This document shows positions 13,118-26,239 of a DNA stretch of 64,000 nt, piece after piece. The notes beneath the pieces are model-generated. The model saw only the letters and a list, made by a program, of their open reading frames with translations. It was not told the origin of the DNA and did not search any database. The position numbers and the translations under genes were made by a program. The DNA is from Glaucostegus cemiculus (Eukaryota): assembly GCA_976551045.1 (NCBI GenBank), contig CDPCPM010000281.1, positions 10,974,001 to 11,038,000 on the forward strand. The letters are read 5' to 3'. How positions within the stretch are numbered: the stretch's first letter is position 1; the number at the start of each line of letters is the position of its first letter.

Positions 13118-13217
13118 TTTCATCCGGGTTTGGTGCTGCGAGGATTGCACTGTGTTTCCGTTTCACCTCTTCCACATTCTCAGAGATCTTATCTATGAAT
13201 TGTCGAATTTCTTCAAC
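13118..13217 (-). CDS. stx1a: Syntaxin-1A exon 3 ([34 protein letters not shown]; Habc helix a)
   Basis: ttgacag|GTTGAAGAA...GATGAAA|gtaaga; 100 nt, phase 0-1. [15 protein letters not shown] is STX1A-type (STX1B has CIEKLSEDVEQVKKQH). Confidence 0.96.
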
Positions 13218-13899
13218 CTGTCAATTATAAGAGATCAAAGCATTTAGAAACATATTCCTTCAACTGCTCAGTGGAGATCAGAGAATAAAAGCAAGCAGAT
13301 TTGCATTTAGAGCACTACCAGTTGTGCAATGTAATAAAACAAGGTTTCTACAATAACGCCTGCAGACCTCTCCAGCTACTGTGGGGTTGTCAATTATGCA
13401 GAGCCTTAAAGCCAAATTATAGGACAAGGAATGCTCATAGAATATGATAACGACAGATAATTCCTCTGAAGAGCTCACTGTACTGTTCTTCTTTCAGTGC
13501 CTGGTTTACTTCTGATCTTTTCCAACAAGGAACAATTCAGTATGGTCCGCGTCTGCATTTTATGGCTGCCTTAATAATTTTAAAAACATTGTACAAAGTA
13601 CCTCCTGTTCTTTCACATTTTCAACACAATGGAGTTACTCCCCATCCCCTGCTACTGATATTAATCCTGGAGTCTTCACTATCGTTCTTTAAATCTTCTC
13701 CATCACTTTGGAATATTTTTAGATGCATAATTAACACAGTTATATAACACTGCCTCTGTACTCTCAAGTGATTCTTGGCAGAATATCAGAAATCTTCAAG
13801 TATTCTTGACTTCTGTGTACACATCTTGCTGTTGTGGTGCTCAATGTAAAGTGATTTTTCCTAGGTTTTTGTAAGCAGGTTTATTGTATATTTCCTATT

Positions 13900-14330
13900 T
13901 ATTTTACTCAGCCTCCCATCACACTAACCAGCCTCCCCTCTATTGGCTCCGGCTCCACTTCCCACTGCATTGGGAAAGCAACCGACATAACCAAGGACCC
14001 TTCCCACCCCAGTCATTCACTCTCCTCCCTCCCATTGGGCAGAAGAGAGAACACGCACCACCAGGCTCAAGGACAGCTTCTATCCCACTGTTATAAGACT
14101 TGAATGGACCTCTTATATGATAAAAATGAACTCTTGATCTCTCAGTCTGCCTCGTCATGGCCCTTACACTTGTCCACCTGCAATGCACTCTGTAACGGTA
14201 ACACTATATCCTGCATTCTGCTTTTTTGTACTACCTTGATGTACTTATCTATGGAACGATTTGTCTGCATGGCATACAAACAAAAGCTTTTCACTGTATA
14301 TCAGTAAATGTGACAACAGTAAACCAATCA
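13900..14330 (+). mobile_element. Rex1/Babar LINE 3' end
   Basis: cacgcaccaccaggctcaaggacagcttctatccc (RTTRLKDSFYP) and tail ttttcactgtatatcagtaaatgtgacaac. Confidence 0.85.
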
Positions 14331-14494
14331 CCAACATTCACTCAGCCAAGTAATAGCGTCCTTTCATCCCTTCATAGGATCTCTGCTGTCAATCTCTGGT
14401 TACCAGGGTCGGGTGGGAATGCAGAGCTGCAGTCACATCAGATCAGCTGTGCTCACGGGGCCAAGTGGCCGGCCCCTGCTCCTATTTCACACAG

Positions 14495-14660
14495 AGGTAT
14501 GATCATACAACATGGGAACAGGGCCTTCCGCCCACTCTGTTCACACTGACCATCAAGCACCCATTTATCTTAATCCTACATTAATCCCATTTTATTCTCC
14601 CCACTATCTCCGCCTACTCACCTGCACAGTAGGAGGAATTTGTCGTGGCCAATTAAACTA
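14495..14660 (-). mobile_element. HE1-like SINE 3' part
   Basis: Reverse complement of the HE1 tail (ttaatcccattttattctcccc...gtggccaattaa). Confidence 0.7.
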
Positions 14661-15025
14661 CAAAATTGTTTGTCTGATGACTTGATGGGGGATGGGAGTT
14701 TCAAAACTGAATTGGATCAACCTGAGGACATGGGGTAATCATCAGGGCTGCAGAGAAGGGGAACTTCACAGGAAGCTGGCACGGATCCATCCAGCCAAAT
14801 AACAACAATGACTGTTTAGAAGAGCAGGTAGAAGGCAGATGGAAGAAAGCATCATTATGGCTGACAAGCTTTGAGGCTCTGCTTGTGTGGCCTTGTTTAT
14901 GCCTTTCCCTGCTCACCACAGACCAGGCTACAAACCTATCACGTGCACCACCTGACTGTCATTGGGGAGCAAACTGCAGGAGGTTGAAAAGTTGGAAGAG
15001 AAGCAAATGGGGGAATCCATGGAGC

Positions 15026-15103
15026 AAGAAGCTCCCTCTACACCGTCCCATCACACACTCCCAGGGCAGGACAGCGCCGGTTAGTCAGAGTAAAGCTCCC
15101 TCT
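15026..15103 (+). repeat. Solitary unit of a chondrichthyan tandem-repeat motif
   Basis: agctcccctacaccgtcccatcacacactcccagggcaggacagcgccggttagtcagagtaaagctccctct, where the unit start recurs at the end. Degenerate relatives lie at ~15630-15680 and ~53090-53200. Confidence 0.6.
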
Positions 15104-16945
15104 GAAACTACGACCTCCGGACTGTGGATGTTCACCTGTGAGAGGACACCAATGTTGGTTCCCTTACCCTTCCAGTCATGGTTTTATTATTGAACTAGAA
15201 TGCAAACAGATGAGCATAGATCCATGGCAACTCAGGAATTTAAATAAATTTGGACTGTCGGACTGTCATTTAAAAGATATCTGATTTACTAATATCCTTG
15301 TGGGAGTAAACTCTTTCTTCTCCGAGAAAAGTCCGCCAGCCTCACTGGTCTGCCCTAAATGTGATTCCAGCACCAGCAACGTGACTTACTTGTAACCACC
15401 CCCAGAAAGAGCCAAAGCATGCCACACCATCCAAGAACGTGAAAATGGTCATTACTAGTGGAGTCTGCATCCAATGAATGAAAAATGATGAAAGGGCACT
15501 GGGTCCAATGATTTGAAATTTCAGTGAAAACCTGTCATTGGTTTGGGAACTACATGGTTATGGGCTCTATGGGGAAATGTAAAGATGACACTGGTGGACT
15601 TGGGGTTAGAGGTAAAGAACCGGCTGAGACAGTCCGGTGGGTGCTTCACTCTATGGCTAACCCATGCTGTAGCTAAACCTGCATTACTTCGACAGATCAG
15701 TACAGTGGAAGTCTTACCACCTCACTTGTGCCGTACATAATTAGAAGTGTTTTACAGGCAGATGTGTTAGCTGCTGAAGAAATATGCTAATTAAAGATGT
15801 TCAACATTTTTAAAAAAAGGAAAAGGTGACCAAGAAACTGCTAGAATATTGTAAAAATATGTTTGGTTCGCTCAGGTCTTGAGGGAAAGAATTTCACTGT
15901 CCTTCCTGATTTTACTTACAAACAAATCCAAAAATAATGTAGTTAAAGAGCCACAAAATCCACTTAGTTGTATCAAAAGGTTAAGAAAACTAAAACTAGA
16001 TCGACTACCCAGCACTGTTCAAGACAATAGACATGACAAAAGCTCATACAGCATAGTCAACCTTGCAATTTTCTTCTTCAATATTTGGGGACTGATATTT
16101 TGTGTCTAATTTAGTAGAACTGTTCCAGTATATCTATAGACTGACATTAGCTTACTCACAAGTAAAATCAGTCAACATGTCTTATTCCTCCATCACTACC
16201 CCAGGATGTCCTGTCAAATCAGGACATACGTACCTCAAGTGGCATTAGAATAGGAGGGATTCATTCACATTAACTCTAGACCCTGTGAAGTCACATGGCA
16301 CAGATCAAACATGGACAAAAAAAAATTGATGAAGGTATGCTGCTCTACCTCAGTTGATGAATGGCACACCTTCATGTTGAACATTACTTGCTGAAGATTA
16401 GCAAGAGCATAGAACGTATTTTTAAGGTATTCATCACCAAGAGTACTCAATAGTATCTCCACTGACCACACTACTGATTCCCAAGTGATATAGCTGCTAG
16501 AACAGATGGTAAAAGAACCAATACAAGGAGAAAAACCTACGTGATGTAACCTTCATCAATCTATCCATAATAGTGTTGATAGGAGTGCTACAGTCTGACC
16601 ATGAGTAGAACACCCTCAACATCTTGTGTGGCAATACCATTATTGAAATGGATGGATTCTGAACAATTTTAGCAGCTCAGAACTTGGCTCCTATGAGACA
16701 TTGTGGGCTATCAACAGCAGCAAAATGTACAGCACCAATCTAGAACTTCATGGTCATGCATGATTGGCATAATGAATGCTGATTCAACATGATCCTGAAG
16801 AACAAATGAGGCTCAAAACTAGGTGCGCCTATCAACAGATTGCCATCATGGTGCAGTTATAAACACAGGGCTCAATTCATGCTGAACAGTGTTAACTATT
16901 GTCCCACAATTGGAACTAAACTAATCCACAACAGCATGGCAGATA

Positions 16946-17404
16946 GGGCATAGTAGTGTAATGGTTAGCGTAACATTTTACAGTGCCAGCAACCCAGGTT
17001 CAATTCCTGCCACTGTAAGTAGTTTGTACATTCTCCCTATGTCTGCATGGGTTTCCTCTGGGTGCTCCAGTTTCCTCCCACGTTCCAAAGATGTACAGGT
17101 TAGGAAGTTGTGGACATGCTATGTTGGCGCCGGAAGCGTGGCGACACTTTACTCTGTACTGTTATTATTTTTTACCTGTACTACATCAAAGCACTCTGTA
17201 CTAACCCAATGTAACTGCACTGTGTAATGCATTGATCTGTACGATCGGTAGGCAAGATAAGTTTTTCACTGTACCCCGGTACAAGTGACAATAATAAATC
17301 AATACCAATACTTGCGGGCTGCCCCCCCCCAGAACACTACGCAAAAGATGCACTTCACTGTGTGTTTCAATGTACATATGAATAATAACGGTCTGATCTT
17401 ATCT
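16946..17404 (+). mobile_element. tRNA-derived SINE with Rex1-like tail, split by a nested LINE-tail insertion
   Basis: Head and core resemble the 2123 SINE; it continues ggaagttgtggacatgctatgttggcgccggaagcgtggcgacactt|gcgggctgcc...cacttcactgtgtgtttcaatgtacatatgaataataa. Confidence 0.85.
17150..17309 (+). mobile_element. Rex1/Babar 3' tail inserted into a SINE, flanked by ACTT
   Basis: Ends tttttcactgtaccccggtacaagtgacaataataaatcaatacc; actt at 17146-17149 and 17310-17313. Confidence 0.8.
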
Positions 17405-17769
17405 CTTCTCAAATCATCAAGAATTGTGGTGGACAACTACATCATCGATGGAATGAGATGTCACCAGTCAGATCCGCACTCCCCTCAATGACAGTAGAGC
17501 TAGGCCTGCAAGTGGAAAAGGTAAAGCTGAGATGTTTGCAAACAGCTTCACTCAGAACTGCCAACTGATGATCCGTCTCGGCTTCCTCCCAAGATCCCCA
17601 CTATCACTAAATCCAGCCTTCAGCTAATTCTATTTACTCCCACAATTTAAAAAACACAGCCAAGTACAATGGATACAGCAAAGGTTGTAGGGCTGACAAG
17701 GTAACAGCTGTAGCACTGACATTTTGTGCTCCAGACCTAACTTTATTGCAGGGCAAGCTGTTTCACTAC

Positions 17770-18810
17770 AGTTACAATATAGTCAGTTAAAACAGGGGAA
17801 ATGTGTCCAATATATTCTGCCGATATTTTTGCAGTGCATATTAATGATTTGGACCAATGCAGGGACAATTATTATAATGCTCATCAAGGATTCAAAAAAA
17901 TTGTAGCATAATTCTAGGCTGCAAGAACCATGGATTGGTTATGTGGTCACAAAAATGATAAATGCAATTCAATCTGAAGAGGTATGGAGTCTATGTCCAC
18001 AGATCCCTGAAGGCAGTACGATAGGTAGATAGGGTAGCTGAACGCAAAAAATCCTCCATGCCACCTTGTCAGCTATCTTACAGAACATGAGCAGGGTGGT
18101 CACATTAGAAATATACAAAACTCTAGTTAGGCCCTAGTTAAGGATAGTGTACAGTCCTGGTTCCCATACTACAGGTATCATCAGAAAGGGCAAAATGATA
18201 TGAAAAGATAATGTCAGGGCTGGAGAATTTTAATTATGAGAAGAGACTGGCTAAGCTGATACTGTTTTCTTTTAGGGGGATAAAAAACTGAGTGGACGTA
18301 TAACTAAGGGGTGTAAAATTCTGAGACATGTTGCCAGGGTGAACACAATGGGAGGCAACCATGGAACAGTCACTGTCAGTCAGTGTATGTTACCCCAAAT
18401 CCCCTCATCTCTGGATCTCACTACAGCCTCATTACATGGATAAAAGAGCAGAATTCTTGGGGTGACATGAGAGTGAATTCACTTCATATCAAGATAGTTT
18501 TAGAGCAAGAAGCTCCAGCGGAAAAAAATTGAAGACAGTGGGGATTGGACCAAGACAGGCCACTGAAAGAATCTATGCTCAACAATAAGGAAGATAGTTG
18601 TGTAGGGAAAGTTTTTGTTTTACACACACAAAGTGAGTGGTTGATATCCGAAACTTGCTGCCAGAGGTGATGCATTCAAACAGGCACTTGAATAGACAAA
18701 GCATAGGAAGATATGGACCTAATGTGGACACGTGAGTTTAGTGTAGATGGGAAAAGTGGTCAACTAGACATAATGGGCCAACAGGTTTGTTTCTGTGCCG
18801 TAGGACTCAT
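17770..18810 (+). mobile_element. CR1 LINE 3' fragments, decayed
   Basis: tatacaaaactctagttaggcc (YKTLVRP), tatgagaagagactggctaagctg (YEERL), and a CR1 tail near 18770-18810. Confidence 0.7.
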
Positions 18811-19239
18811 ATGACTTGATGCTTCATTGACACATTTCCTCCACAAGATCAGATGTTTACTTACGACTGCACAGCATCCAGTTCCACTGACAACTTTAAA
18901 GTAGCAATATATCCATGCACTCACTGTGCTAAGCTTAATAAGTGACAAGTACCATTCAAATCACACACAATGCAAAGCAACAATTGCAATATGTGTAATA
19001 TTTGCTCGCACCACTTTGAAAATTATAGCATGTGGCCAACTTCTCTCTGGGTCCTAATTACAATGTTTAGTGTAAAACTTGCCAGAAGTCTGCCTGCTTC
19101 TATGGAATAAATACAAAGTAGATGTGTTGTTCTGGCCCTCTGTAAGCTCTTTTAACAAAAATACATTGCAAATTGATTTAATTTATTGGGTGTTCTGTAG
19201 TACCTCAGAGGGATTAAGAAAAATACTGAGACTTTAATC

Positions 19240-19780
19240 ACCTGCAACCAGAGTCTAACTAGGTTCCCTTGACATTTAGGGAAATTATAGTCACTGAATC
19301 CCCACCATAAACATCCTGGGGTTTGCCTACAAGCTTGGCTGGATAATGATGGACCACCTTAAACGTGCAGTGTACACCATTCACTCATCAAAGCTTCTTC
19401 GACAGCACCACCCAAAGCCACAACTTGTACCTCCTAGGCTGGGAAGGCAAAATAAGTAATTTGAACAACACCATCTGAAGATTCCTTGCTTAAATCATAT
19501 ACCACCGACTTGAAAGAATATCATCTTTTACTGTACCTATATCAGAGACTATGCTTCACAGTGTTTAACCGGCTGCAATGAAAACAGAAAAAAAAATGTA
19601 GGTCTCTCTCCTGGTCAGAATCTTAGAAATTCCCAGCTAGCTGCACAGTGGGAGTACCTGCATCATATATCTGCAGCAGTACATGGTGGCAGCTTACCAC
19701 AAACTTCTCAAAGGCAATTAGGTTGGCGGATAAGTGCTGTCCTTGTAGACAGTGCCCACCACCCACATACGAATATAAAA
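19240..19780 (+). mobile_element. Old CR1-clade LINE 3' end
   Basis: Tail ggcagcttaccacaaacttctcaaaggcaattagg...ataagtgctgtcc. Confidence 0.6.
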
Positions 19781-20199
19781 GGGATAATTGCAATCCTGAG
19801 AATGCAAGTGAGGAGCAGATACAAATGTAATCATGAGGAGTAGAACTGTTGCCAGTGATTCAAAGGCTGCAGCTGGTGAAGTGCTGAATTATCCAGCAGT
19901 GTGCAAGGTGGACTCTTGCGGCATCACGTGACACTGATCTAGGAATTTGTCATTGCCAGACGGGTTTGCTGCAGTGCTGTGTAGCGCAGGCTTGGTGTGG
20001 TATCAAGACTAATGTGAAAAGGTCTCAGATACGGGGAGGGTTTAAAGATGCACCTTGGGATGAGTATCTCGGGTAAAACACAAGTAGCTGGATGTTTTAC
20101 GCTGCTCCTTAATTAACCAATGATTTTGTGCCGAGACTGTCTGGTGAATGCCGTGGGCATGTGATCGGGAGTATTAAAATCAAAGTCAGGCTTCAACTT

Positions 20200-20590
20200 G
20201 AGCAATATACTCTGTGCTTAGGAGCAATATGATACCTCATTGCAATATATAAAATGTAAGGGTTTTTATAGGGTACATACTGAGAGGCTGTTTTCCCTGG
20301 TTAGAGAATCCAGAACCAGAAGTCAGTCTCAGTGTAAAGGGTCAGCTAATTAGGACTCAAACAGAAACTTCCTAAACTAGGGTTGTGAACCTCCGAATTC
20401 TCTATTCTGGCTTTACATAACTTCTTTCTTGTTGAGCATATTTAAAACGATTGATACATTTTAAGGGAACTGAGGGATTTTAAAGGAAATGGGTAAGAAA
20501 GAGAAGGTTGAAGGACGGCCATAATCTTAATGATAAAGGAGCAGGCATGAGTGGGAAATGTGACCCATTCTCACTACTATTTATGTTCTT
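20200..20590 (+). mobile_element. CR1 LINE 3' end, old
   Basis: agggttgtgaacctccgaattctct (RVVNL) and tail ggagcaggcatgagtggg. Confidence 0.65.
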
Positions 20591-21714
20591 ACTTATCATA
20601 TCTAGTCTTTACTTATGAGAAATATAATGTGGCCTGCTCCATTTATGGACAACACAGAGCTTATGTTCTCCACATGACAGCAATTCAGAAGTTCATTATA
20701 CTTTCATACCCCAAAAACCTGAAAATTACCCAATGTCTTGTACATTATTCTTTATGGTATCCAATATTACACTGGCCAGGGACCACTCAGTACAATACCC
20801 CATCGCACTTGCCAAGATGTCAGTACAATTTACACGATTACACTGTTTGAGCATGATATCATGGAGATCTATTTTTATTTGTTTACACTACATGCAGATT
20901 CATACTGACTTATGGCAGTTCAGAGTCTTACACTCTCAGTTGCATCAGTGCATTTTACAGAAGATTACAATAATTTTAATATTTTGCCTACAAACTGTCA
21001 AATGGGCTGGGGGGGGGGGGGTCTAAGTGCTAAGAGAAAAATATTTGGACCAAGTTGAAAACCACCAAAAGGCTTAACGAACATGATTAACCGATGCCTG
21101 TTCAGTGTACATTAAGCCTGCTGCCTTCTAATAATGATTGCGGTATTCAGCCAGCACAAGTCATGTTGTTCACTGGCCGGATACTTCAGCAGCGCAAGTG
21201 GGCTACGAAGGGGTCAGGGAGAAGTGAGCGTCACTGCTACCTTGTACTGTTTAAAACCAGCCTGCAACGCTTTGAGACAGGAGCACTACAAATGAAGCTA
21301 GTCTGGGAAGTTGAAGAAATGGCACAATACAATATGGATTAAAGTCCACAGACGATATTATTTCTGTGAAGGTGCGAGTGGGGGCAGGGATGGGGGTGGT
21401 TGTGCGGAGAAGCAGTGATTGGCACCTGATGCTGGGGTCCTTAGCAGGTTTGCTCAGGAGCCAAAGTGAAACACCCATCCTGACAGATCCAGAACTAGTA
21501 CTGGAACAGCCCATGCCTCACTCTAGCCATCTTTGGCATTCAGCCCGTGATCAAGGTGGAAGGGAAAAGAATCCTGGAGGCACAGAGGCTGTCCCTGTCA
21601 AAACTGGACTGGTGAGTTGGAACTCAACACAAACCCACCCTTCCTCCCCTCCGTGTTAAGCTCTCCATGGTGAAGTTGCTGTTTACAATAACTGAACATT
21701 TCAAAAAATCATAT

Positions 21715-21948
21715 GCTGGAAATCTAAAGCAAAAACAGAAAATGCTAGAAATACTCAGCAGGTCAGGCTGCATCTGAGGGGAAGAGAAAGAGAGTCAATA
21801 TTTCAGGTTGGAGACCCTTTGTCAGAACTGAAACTGTCTCCTTTTTGGTTTTGACGGAGGATCTCAGACCTGAAACATAAACTCTTGTTTCTCTTCCCAC
21901 AGATGCAGTTTAACCTGCTGAATATTTCCAGCATTTTCTGGTTTTGTT
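21715..21948. mobile_element. Penelope-like element-derived inverted repeat (~230-bp palindrome)
   Basis: Left arm aaacagaaaatgctagaaatactcagcaggtcagg...gtcagaactg and right arm ...gacctgaaac...acagatgcagtttaacctgctgaatatttccagcattttctg are reverse complements. Confidence 0.75.
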
Positions 21949-23328
21949 CTTTACAGTCAATTTATGCATACAGGTACAAGATCCCTTTGTAACTGCAACC
22001 ATGCAAATCTCTCTTCAGTCATTTCTGCACACAACGACTTGTGTGCTTAAGGACTTTTTTCTGCTTACAATAAAATAATTAAATGTTGAGTATCCTCCCA
22101 ACAAATTATTACCTAGGCATGTGCCACTGCAGTGGAAATTCAACTCCACATCCCCTTAGCACTGGGCAGCTGCTCAAGGTTATTTCTGAGCTGTCAGTTT
22201 TTGTTGCTTTTCAATTTGACGTGTTTGATCGTAACGTTGTAACGGGTGCCCAGGTATCAAACCCTTTAAACCCATGTGTGCTGTTCGGAGAGAGCTGGAG
22301 CAGATTCCTGACAGGGTGAACTTTCCACGGTCACAGATCTGCCTCTTTGATTCTGTCATTGATCAATGTGTGTAAACATTAACCGTCCCTGCTCTGTTGC
22401 AGTCATAACCTCTGGCAATTAATATTCTTTTCTTATTGTGCCACAGACAGTGCTTTCTGTAATTAAGGCAACTTACAAAGAGAACAAGCTGCTACTTCAC
22501 TGGTTTCATTGAAGAGCAAGTACTGATTCACAACATTTTCTAATGATAATCTTCCAGCAAAACATTCACATACATCTACAAAATACTAAAATTGGTTTGT
22601 GCTGCTATTCTTCCACATATTTGAGAACAAAAGTAAAATCCACCATTCCATCATGCACACATACATCATACAGCTATCCACACACAACATTATCAAAGAA
22701 AAATTAAGTCAGCTAGTGCCAGGAAACCTGTGAAAATGTACAAATGTTCATCTGAAATTTCTAAAACACTTGAGTATTTGATCGTTGCTTAACATTTTAA
22801 TGATTTCACGAAGTTTCTTGGACTCCATCCTACATACATTTCAGTTTGTTACCAGTACTGCGGAACTTCTGAACCCTCAGTTAAAATACTACCTACAGAC
22901 TGGTAAAAATTAAGAGAATTTTGTGTGTGGGACGATGTCCAACAGATAAAGCTGCTTTGTCTCCAGTTTGAAAGCTCTATTGAACGACAACAGGCTTGGT
23001 CCTGATGGAAAATCTTAATTAAGAGCTGGTGATTAAGCACCCTGGATAAATGTTTAGTAACTTGGCACTATTTATGATGTAAAATATATCTCACTGGCAT
23101 GCTTATAAGAACTAGTCTCTATTCTTATGTGTCTCCTAAAATCCACAAAAACAGAGAGAATTTGGATAGTAGGGTAGAAGAACAAATCCCCTTTTGGTGC
23201 ACTCAAGTACACAAACCTAGACAGATGAAAGAGGGTTGGTCCAAGCAAACAACTGTAACAAAGGTGATTCTGGAATGGAGAGACCCAGCAACTGCAATGG
23301 TGTTGTGAAAGCAAAGTCAATAAATGCG

Positions 23329-23356
23329 AGGGGGAGAGAGAGAGAGAGAGAGAGAG
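23329..23356. repeat. (GA)n microsatellite
   Basis: Direct read. Confidence 0.9.
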
Positions 23357-26011
23357 TGTTTTGAGGGCTAAGGTTACAAATATTGATCGCAGGATGGTCT
23401 AAAACAAGGGAGAAATCTTGGTGTTATTAGCAATGTGAAGCAAAGAGCTTGAAAGTAGATCGAGACCATTTCTTGGAATCTAAAGCTAAAATAATTTGCC
23501 ACAAACCAGCGTTTTATTTTAAAGTCATTGCTGATCTTCACTGAAGCCTGAGTACTAACAGAATTGTGGATAAGTCAGTGCCACTTGTGGCTTGTATAAT
23601 AAATAATTTCAGGAAGATTCCTGGACTCACCCTCCCAAATATTTAAATCATTGTCAGTAGGAAGATTCTTGCTTTTTAAGTCAGGTAAAATGATCAGGCA
23701 CAGGAGCTACTGACAAAGGAATCAGACTCCCTTAACTTAAAGGTGAAGAGTATGGGATCAAATAATAGCCACAAGTATGAAGTCTGAAAGGTGAACAAGA
23801 TGTAGGAGAGGATACAATGCAGATTTTTATTTTAGAATGCACAAATAAGGAAAAATACAAGCTAATAACCCTGGAAGCATTTGAAGCAAGGATCCAGACG
23901 TCTGGGTGTTTGCAGCAGTAGGTAATGACTGCAGCTATTTTTACAGCTCACTCCAGTAGATAGGAATCAATTATTCAGTGAGATACAGAGTTATAGAATA
24001 GGAAAAAAAGAGGCGGATGACTTTATATCTTCAGGAGAGTTTCAAAATCAAGAAACTGGAGTTACTGTCATACAGAAAGATAAAAGAAATGCAATAGTCT
24101 TGTTCAATTTAACATAGAACTAATTGATGGGGTCTACTATAAACTTCCTGGAAGAATGAGAAGTATCAGTCATGGGAAGTGGCTGCTGCTGGCAAGGCAG
24201 AAAGTTATTGCCCATCCCTATTTGCTCCACTTTGCCAGCAGAGCTGTATGATATGCTCACACACAAAACCACTGGGCGTGCAGAGACGTCCAGCAACAAA
24301 CCAGACTTCTTTAGTATCAAAGGTACAAAATTCTGTCATGCACATGGCATGAAGTTCAAACCATGAAGCAGGTCCTACCAGAGGGTGGAGACCCATTTGG
24401 GGATCATTTAGGTTCTCTGTCCCGGGCCACTGATGAGTCTATCTTCCTCCAACCATTTTCCATGCCCCACCTTGCTGCAAATGTCTGCCGAACCATATCA
24501 GCCCTATTTTACCTGTTGGAATTCCCTCCAGAGTATCAACTCTTCAGCCTCCACCCACACCACCTGATATCATGTGGCCACTCTTCCCAACGCAACTCAA
24601 TTATCTTTGTGACTCACATCTTTCAAGTTACCCTCAGATCAACACCCCCTTCCTCTCTCCAACTCCACCACCCACCCATGTGATCCTCTCCCCAACACAA
24701 TGCCTCGGAGGCCTCCAAAATGGAGGAATATTGTGGAGGAAGAATCTGTTCTGCCATGCATGGCAACTTTTGAGTCAAATAAAAGGCTAATCTGACAGTT
24801 GCTGCAGGATAAATTTGGTTTGTGGGACCAGTTTGGTCATTCCTGATATACACGATGAGATGTGGAAACATCCAAATAACAGCATAAATCCAGCATCACT
24901 TCAATCCACACAATATTGTTTAGGAATGACATCATTGAGGCAGCAATCAAACCTACCTAATAGTGTGTATTTTAATGTCATTTGCTTCAGATTCTGGTAA
25001 GAGTAACTACGACTTGTTTCTTTGAAATCAAAGAAACAAAATTGAAAGCACTTCCCGGGATAGCTTAATAATTAACATTATCTAGTAATAAACTGTTCCA
25101 TAAAAGCAAAAGCAACACACAACACTCATTTAACTCATTACCATGTTTCAGAAGAAATACAGAGCAAAAATTAATACAAGCACATCGAACCATATTAGCA
25201 GTAGCCCAAGCAATGGGTTTTATGAAGCAGGAGAGATTCACTAAGGGAATTTCAGAGTTTTGGGCCTTCACCATTAATGTTGTGACTGCCATTGATGAAA
25301 GGATTATTGTATCTGTACATTTCCCTTCAGCTGGTACAAGAACGATACTTCCAGACTGTGGTAGAACTTAACTAAGATATCCTCCTTCATTCAAAGCAAT
25401 AACTAAAACGGAGTTAGACAACGTGAGACAATCCAGTTCTTAAAAAGGCAGCAAGATATATAGATGGAGGCCATGGAACGACTTAACACAAAAAGTAGAA
25501 TTTTTAACAGAAAGCATTATCAAGTATGATGCCAGTGTACGTGAGGCTGTAGGAAGGAGGGTTGAGGTAAATGAAGCTGCACTGCCACATACAAAACAAT
25601 TGCTGGGGCTGCTTAACAAAACAGGGGCTATAATAAATAGCTCTTAGCACCTGTATTATTAAAAACAGGTGATGAGCAAGCAGGGCTTGGTGCAAGGTAG
25701 GTGTTGGGCATTGAAGTTTTAAGCATGGTCATTCACTTCATTGCAACCCCAGTTGTAACTCAGTGAGGAGGCTGACTGGTGAAACATTCAGCTTTTCTTT
25801 CTTCTCTAGGCTGCGTCAGGTCCACCTACAAATTTTGTGCTGAGGTGTCAAAATTTGTGCAAAGCAGATGTCGTTACCAAGGACAAGGAATTTTTCATGT
25901 TAAGCAAATGCTTTAACAAGACAAGCACCTACTGCAAAATCATTCATATTTCTGCCATTTCGATGTTGTGCTGCAACTGGGGTCAACCACTTTTGTACAG
26001 TTTAACAGTTT

Positions 26012-26190
26012 TAGGCTGCCGGAGATGGTGGTGGAGGCGGATACGTTAGGGTCTTTCAAGAAACTGTTGGATAGGTACATGGAGGTAAATAAGATAGAAG
26101 GCTATGGGTAAGCCTAATAGTGTGGGGACATGTTCGGCACAACTTTGTGGGCCGAAGGGCCTGAATTGTGCTGTAGGTATCTATGTTCTA
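26012..26190 (+). mobile_element. Young CR1 LINE 3' end, 5'-truncated
   Basis: ggtggtggaggcggatacgttaggg...gggccgaagggcctgaattgtgctgtagg...ctatgttcta, with CpGs retained. Confidence 0.8.
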
Positions 26191-26239
26191 ACAGCATTTA
26201 GGCAACAATGGTGAAATTAAATCGGAGACTGTTGGCTTG

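Larger units (their letters stand above)
15990..17770 (+). mobile_element. Old CR1-clade LINE (endonuclease to RT linker), interrupted by a SINE
   Basis: aatatttggggact...tcactaccccaggatgtcctgtc and aaggtaaagctgagatgtttgcaaacagcttca, decayed ORF2 segments. Confidence 0.55.
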
